A stretch of DNA of 64,000 nt, taken from the NCBI RefSeq assembly GCF_009914755.1, contig NC_060937.1. One strand, written 5' to 3'. Below are positions 60,501 through 64,000 of this stretch, piece by piece. The position numbers and the translations under genes are program-made. Below the pieces are notes generated by a model, which saw only the letters and a list, made by a program, of their open reading frames with translations, did not search any database and was not told where the DNA came from. This DNA comes from the human T2T-CHM13v2.0 reference genome, Homo sapiens. The stretch's first letter is position 1. Each line of letters starts with the position of its first letter.

Positions 60501-63500
60501 CAAAGTACCCCAAATATATATTATATACTCTACATGAAATATCAAAGTTTACAAACTATATATTATATACTGTACATAAAATATCAAAGTACCCAAGGTA
60601 TGTATTCTATACTGTCCAAAAAATATCAAAGTATCCAAAGCATGTATTATATACTGTATATAAAATATGAAAGTACATTAAATATATATTTTATTCTGTA
60701 CATAAAATATCAAAGTACACCAGATACATATTCTATAGTGTACATAAAATAACAACGTACACAAACTATAAATTATATACTGTACATAAAATATGAAATT
60801 ACATCAAATATATATTAGGTACATAAAATATGAAAGTACATCAAATATAGATTATATACTGTACATATAATATCAATGTACCCCAAATATATATTTTATA
60901 CTCTACATGAAATATCAAAGTTCACACACCATACATTATATACTGTACATAAAATATCAAAGTACCCAAGGTATATATTCTATACTGTACAGAAAATATC
61001 AAAGTACCCAAAGCATGTATTTTATACTGTACATAAAATATGAAAGTACATCAAATATATATTGTATTCTGTACATAAAATATCAAAGTACACCAGATAT
61101 ATATTCTATAGTGTACATTAAATAACAAAGCACACAAACTATAAATTATATACTGTACATAAAATATGAAATTACATCAAATATATATTAGGTACATAAA
61201 ATATGAAAGTACGTCAAATATAGATTATATACTGTACATAAAATATCAATGTACCCGAAATATATATTTTATACTCTACATGAAATATTAAAGTTCACAA
61301 ACCATATATTATATAATGTACATAAAATATCAAAGTACCCAAGGTATATATTCTATACTGTACAAAAAATATCAGAGTACCCAAAGCATGTATTATATAC
61401 TGTACATAAAATATGAAAGTACATCAAATATATATTTTATTCTGTACATAAAATATCAAAGTACTCCAGATATATATTCTATAGTGTACATAATATATCA
61501 AATTACCCAAAATATACATTATATACTGTACATAAAATATGAAATTACATCAAATATATATTATATTAGGAACATAAAATATGAAAGTACATCAAATATA
61601 GATTCTATACTGTACATAAAATATCAAAGAACCCCAAATATATATTATATACTCTACATGAAATATCAAAGTTCACAAACTGTATATTATATACTGTACA
61701 TAAAATATCAAAGTACCCAAGGTATATATTCTATACTGTACAAAAAATATCAAAGTATCCAAAGCATGTATTATATAATGTATATAAAATATGAAAGTAC
61801 ATTAAATATATACTTTATTCTGTACATAAAATATCAAAGTACACCAGATATATATTCTATAGTGTACATAAAATAACAAAGTACACAAACTATAAATTAT
61901 ATACTGTACATAAAATATGAAATTACATCAAATATATATTAGGTACATAAAATATGAAAGTACATCAAATATAGATTATATACTGTACATATAATATCAA
62001 TGTACCCCAAATACATATTTTATACTCTACATGAAATATCAAAGTTCACAAACCATACATTATATACTGTACATAACATATCAAAGTATCCAAGGTATAT
62101 ATTCTATACTCTACAAAAAATATAAAAGTACCCAAAGCATGTATTATATACTGTACATAAAATATGAAAGTACATCAAATATATATTTAATTCTGTACAT
62201 AAAATATCAAAGTACACCAGATATATATTCTATAGTGTACATAAAATATCAAAGTACCCAAACTATACATGATATACTGTACATAAAATATGAAATTACA
62301 TCAAATATATATTATATTAGGTACATAAAATATGAAAGTACATCAAATATAGATTATATACTGTACATAAAATATCAAAGTACCCCAAATATATATTATA
62401 TACTCTACATGAAATATCAAAGTTCACAAACTATATATTATATACTGTACATAAAATATCAAAGTACCCAAGGTATATATTCTATACTGTACAAAAAATA
62501 TCAAAGTACCCAAAGCATGTATTATATACTGTACATAAAATATGAAAGTACATCAAAAATATATTTTATTCTGTACATAAAATATCAAAGTACACCGGAT
62601 ATATATTCTATAGTGTACATAAAATAACAATGTACACAAACTGTAAATTATATACTGTACATAAAATATGAAATTACATCAAATATATATTAGGTACATA
62701 AAATATGAAAGTACATCAAATATAGATTATATACTGTACATAAAATATCAATGTACCCCAAATATATATTTTATACTCTACATGAAATATCAAAGTTCAC
62801 AAACCATATATTATATACTGCACATAAAATATCAAAGTACACAAGGTATATATTCTATACTGTACAAAAAATATCAAAGTACCCAAAGGATGTATTATAT
62901 ACTGTACATAAAATATGAAACTACATCAAATATATATTTTATTCTGTACATAAAATATCAAAGTACACCAGATATATATTCTATAGTGTACATAAAATAT
63001 CAAAGTACCCAAACTATACATTATATACTGTACATAAAATATGAAATTACATCAAATATATATTATATTAGGTACATAAAATATGAAAGCACTTCAAATA
63101 TAGATTATATACTGTACATTAAATACCAAAGTACCCCAAACATATATTTTATACTGTACATCAAATATCAAAGTTCACAAACTATATATTATATACTGTA
63201 CATAAAATATCAAAATACCCATGGTATATATTCTATACTGTACAAAAAATATCAAAGTACCCAAAGCATGTATTATATACTGTATATAAAATATGAAAGC
63301 ACATCACATATATTTTTTATTCTGTACATAAAATATCAAAGTACACCAGATATATATTCTATAGTGTACATAAAATAACAAAGTTCAAAAACTATAAATT
63401 ATATGCTGTACATAAAATATGAAATTACATCAAATATATATTAGGTACATAAAATATGAAAGTACATCAAATATAGATTATATACTGTACATAAAATATC

Positions 63501-64000
63501 AATGTACCCCAAATATATATTTTATACTCTACATGAAATATGAAAGTTCACAAACCATATATTATATACTGTAAATAAAATATCAAAGTACCCAAGGTAT
63601 ATATTCTATACTGTACACAAAATATCAAAGTACCCAAAGCATGTATTATATACTGTACATAAAATATGAAACTACATCAAATATATATTTTATTCTGTAC
63701 ATAAAATATCAAAGTACACCAGATATATATTCTACAGTGTACATAAAATATCAACGTACCCAAACTATACATTATATACTGTACATAAAATATGAAATTA
63801 CATCAAATATATATTATATTAGGTACATAAAATATGAAAGCACATCAAATATAGATTATATACTGTACTTTAAATACCAAAGTAACCCAAATATATATTT
63901 TATACTATACATCAAATATCAAAGTTCACAAACTATATATTATATACTGTACATAAAATATCAAAGTACCCATGGTATATATTCTATACTGTACAAAAAA
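57500..64000 (+). repeat. Mixed 373/378 bp sub-array, right domain
   Basis: ACACCAGAT returns at ~57757, AAATAACAAAG at ~58164 and the 5 bp deletion at ~58228. 751 bp spacing seen between 62668 and 63419. Confidence 0.8.

Larger units (their letters stand above)
1..64000 (+). repeat. Human satellite 1A (HSat1A / SAR / classical satellite I) tandem array: 42 bp monomer, 378 bp 9-mer higher-order repeat
   Basis: Continuous 42 bp periodicity, with GTAC (RsaI) sites splitting most monomers into 17 bp ACATAAAATAT[C/G]AAAGT and 25 bp units, the established satellite I A/B structure. Nine distinguishable monomers recur in fixed order every 378 bp (e.g. ATGAAATATCAAAGTTC at 3768, 4146, 4524). Very AT-rich, A-rich/G-poor + strand throughout. 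Family name is from recognition, not a database search. Confidence 0.95.

Noticed and set aside
138-63378. All + strand ORFs (64-961 aa, YIK-rich) as protein-coding genes or a novel repeat-protein system
   Set aside because: They are translations of the 42 bp satellite. There is no unique N- or C-terminal domain, starts and stops fall at recurrent satellite variants, and they break wherever the 5 bp deletion or TAA variant occurs.
25500-63580. TATA-like boxes and AATAAA/ATTAAA polyadenylation-like hexamers (e.g. ~25504, ~32572, ~42872, ~63574)
   Set aside because: Expected by chance as single-base variants of CATAAAA in very AT-rich DNA; no supporting context.
1-64000. CRISPR-like array (conserved 17 bp unit alternating with a more variable 25 bp unit)
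   Set aside because: The 25 bp parts are homologous to each other and cycle every nine monomers rather than being unique spacers; no leader or cas genes.
1-64000. Alpha satellite/CENP-B boxes, HSat2/3, HSat1B, telomeric repeat, or Alu/L1 insertions
   Set aside because: No 171 bp period, CATTC-repeat runs, TTAGGG arrays, GC-rich Alu-derived segment or other non-satellite sequence was seen; CpG is nearly absent.
1-64000. Inversion or strand switch within the array
   Set aside because: Every part read has the same ACATAAAATAT orientation on the + strand.
1-64000. Assignment to a specific chromosome or species
   Set aside because: 378 bp-based HSat1A occurs on several human chromosomes and related satellite may exist in other apes; mapping to complete assemblies is needed.

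Overview
The whole 64 kb window is one uninterrupted, single-orientation array of an extremely AT-rich eukaryotic satellite. The monomer is 42 bp, split by two GTAC sites into 17 bp (ACATAAAATAT[C/G]AAAGT) and 25 bp (e.g. ACCCAAACTATACATTATATACTGT) sub-units. Monomers are organised into a 9-monomer, 378 bp higher-order unit, with a 373 bp variant (5 bp deletion) that gives a 751 bp dimer. This matches classical human satellite 1A (HSat1A/SAR), so the source is probably human or great-ape pericentromeric or acrocentric-arm heterochromatin. I see no genes, RNA genes, transposon insertions, CRISPR arrays or inversions. The long Y/I/K-rich ORFs (up to 961 aa) arise because 42 is a multiple of 3 and one + strand frame of the consensus lacks stops. 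I cannot support a novel protein-coding system. The real structure is array architecture: (i) a 373/378 mixed domain (1 to ~40.4 kb), (ii) a pure 378 bp domain with its own diagnostic variants (~40.4-57.5 kb), (iii) a return to the mixed type (~57.5-64 kb), (iv) a near-perfect 4,770 bp tandem duplication that copies the domain junction, and (v) many whole-monomer deletions/insertions between the most similar monomers. Offsets were derived by eye from shared variants and ORF-track coordinates; boundaries are approximate.
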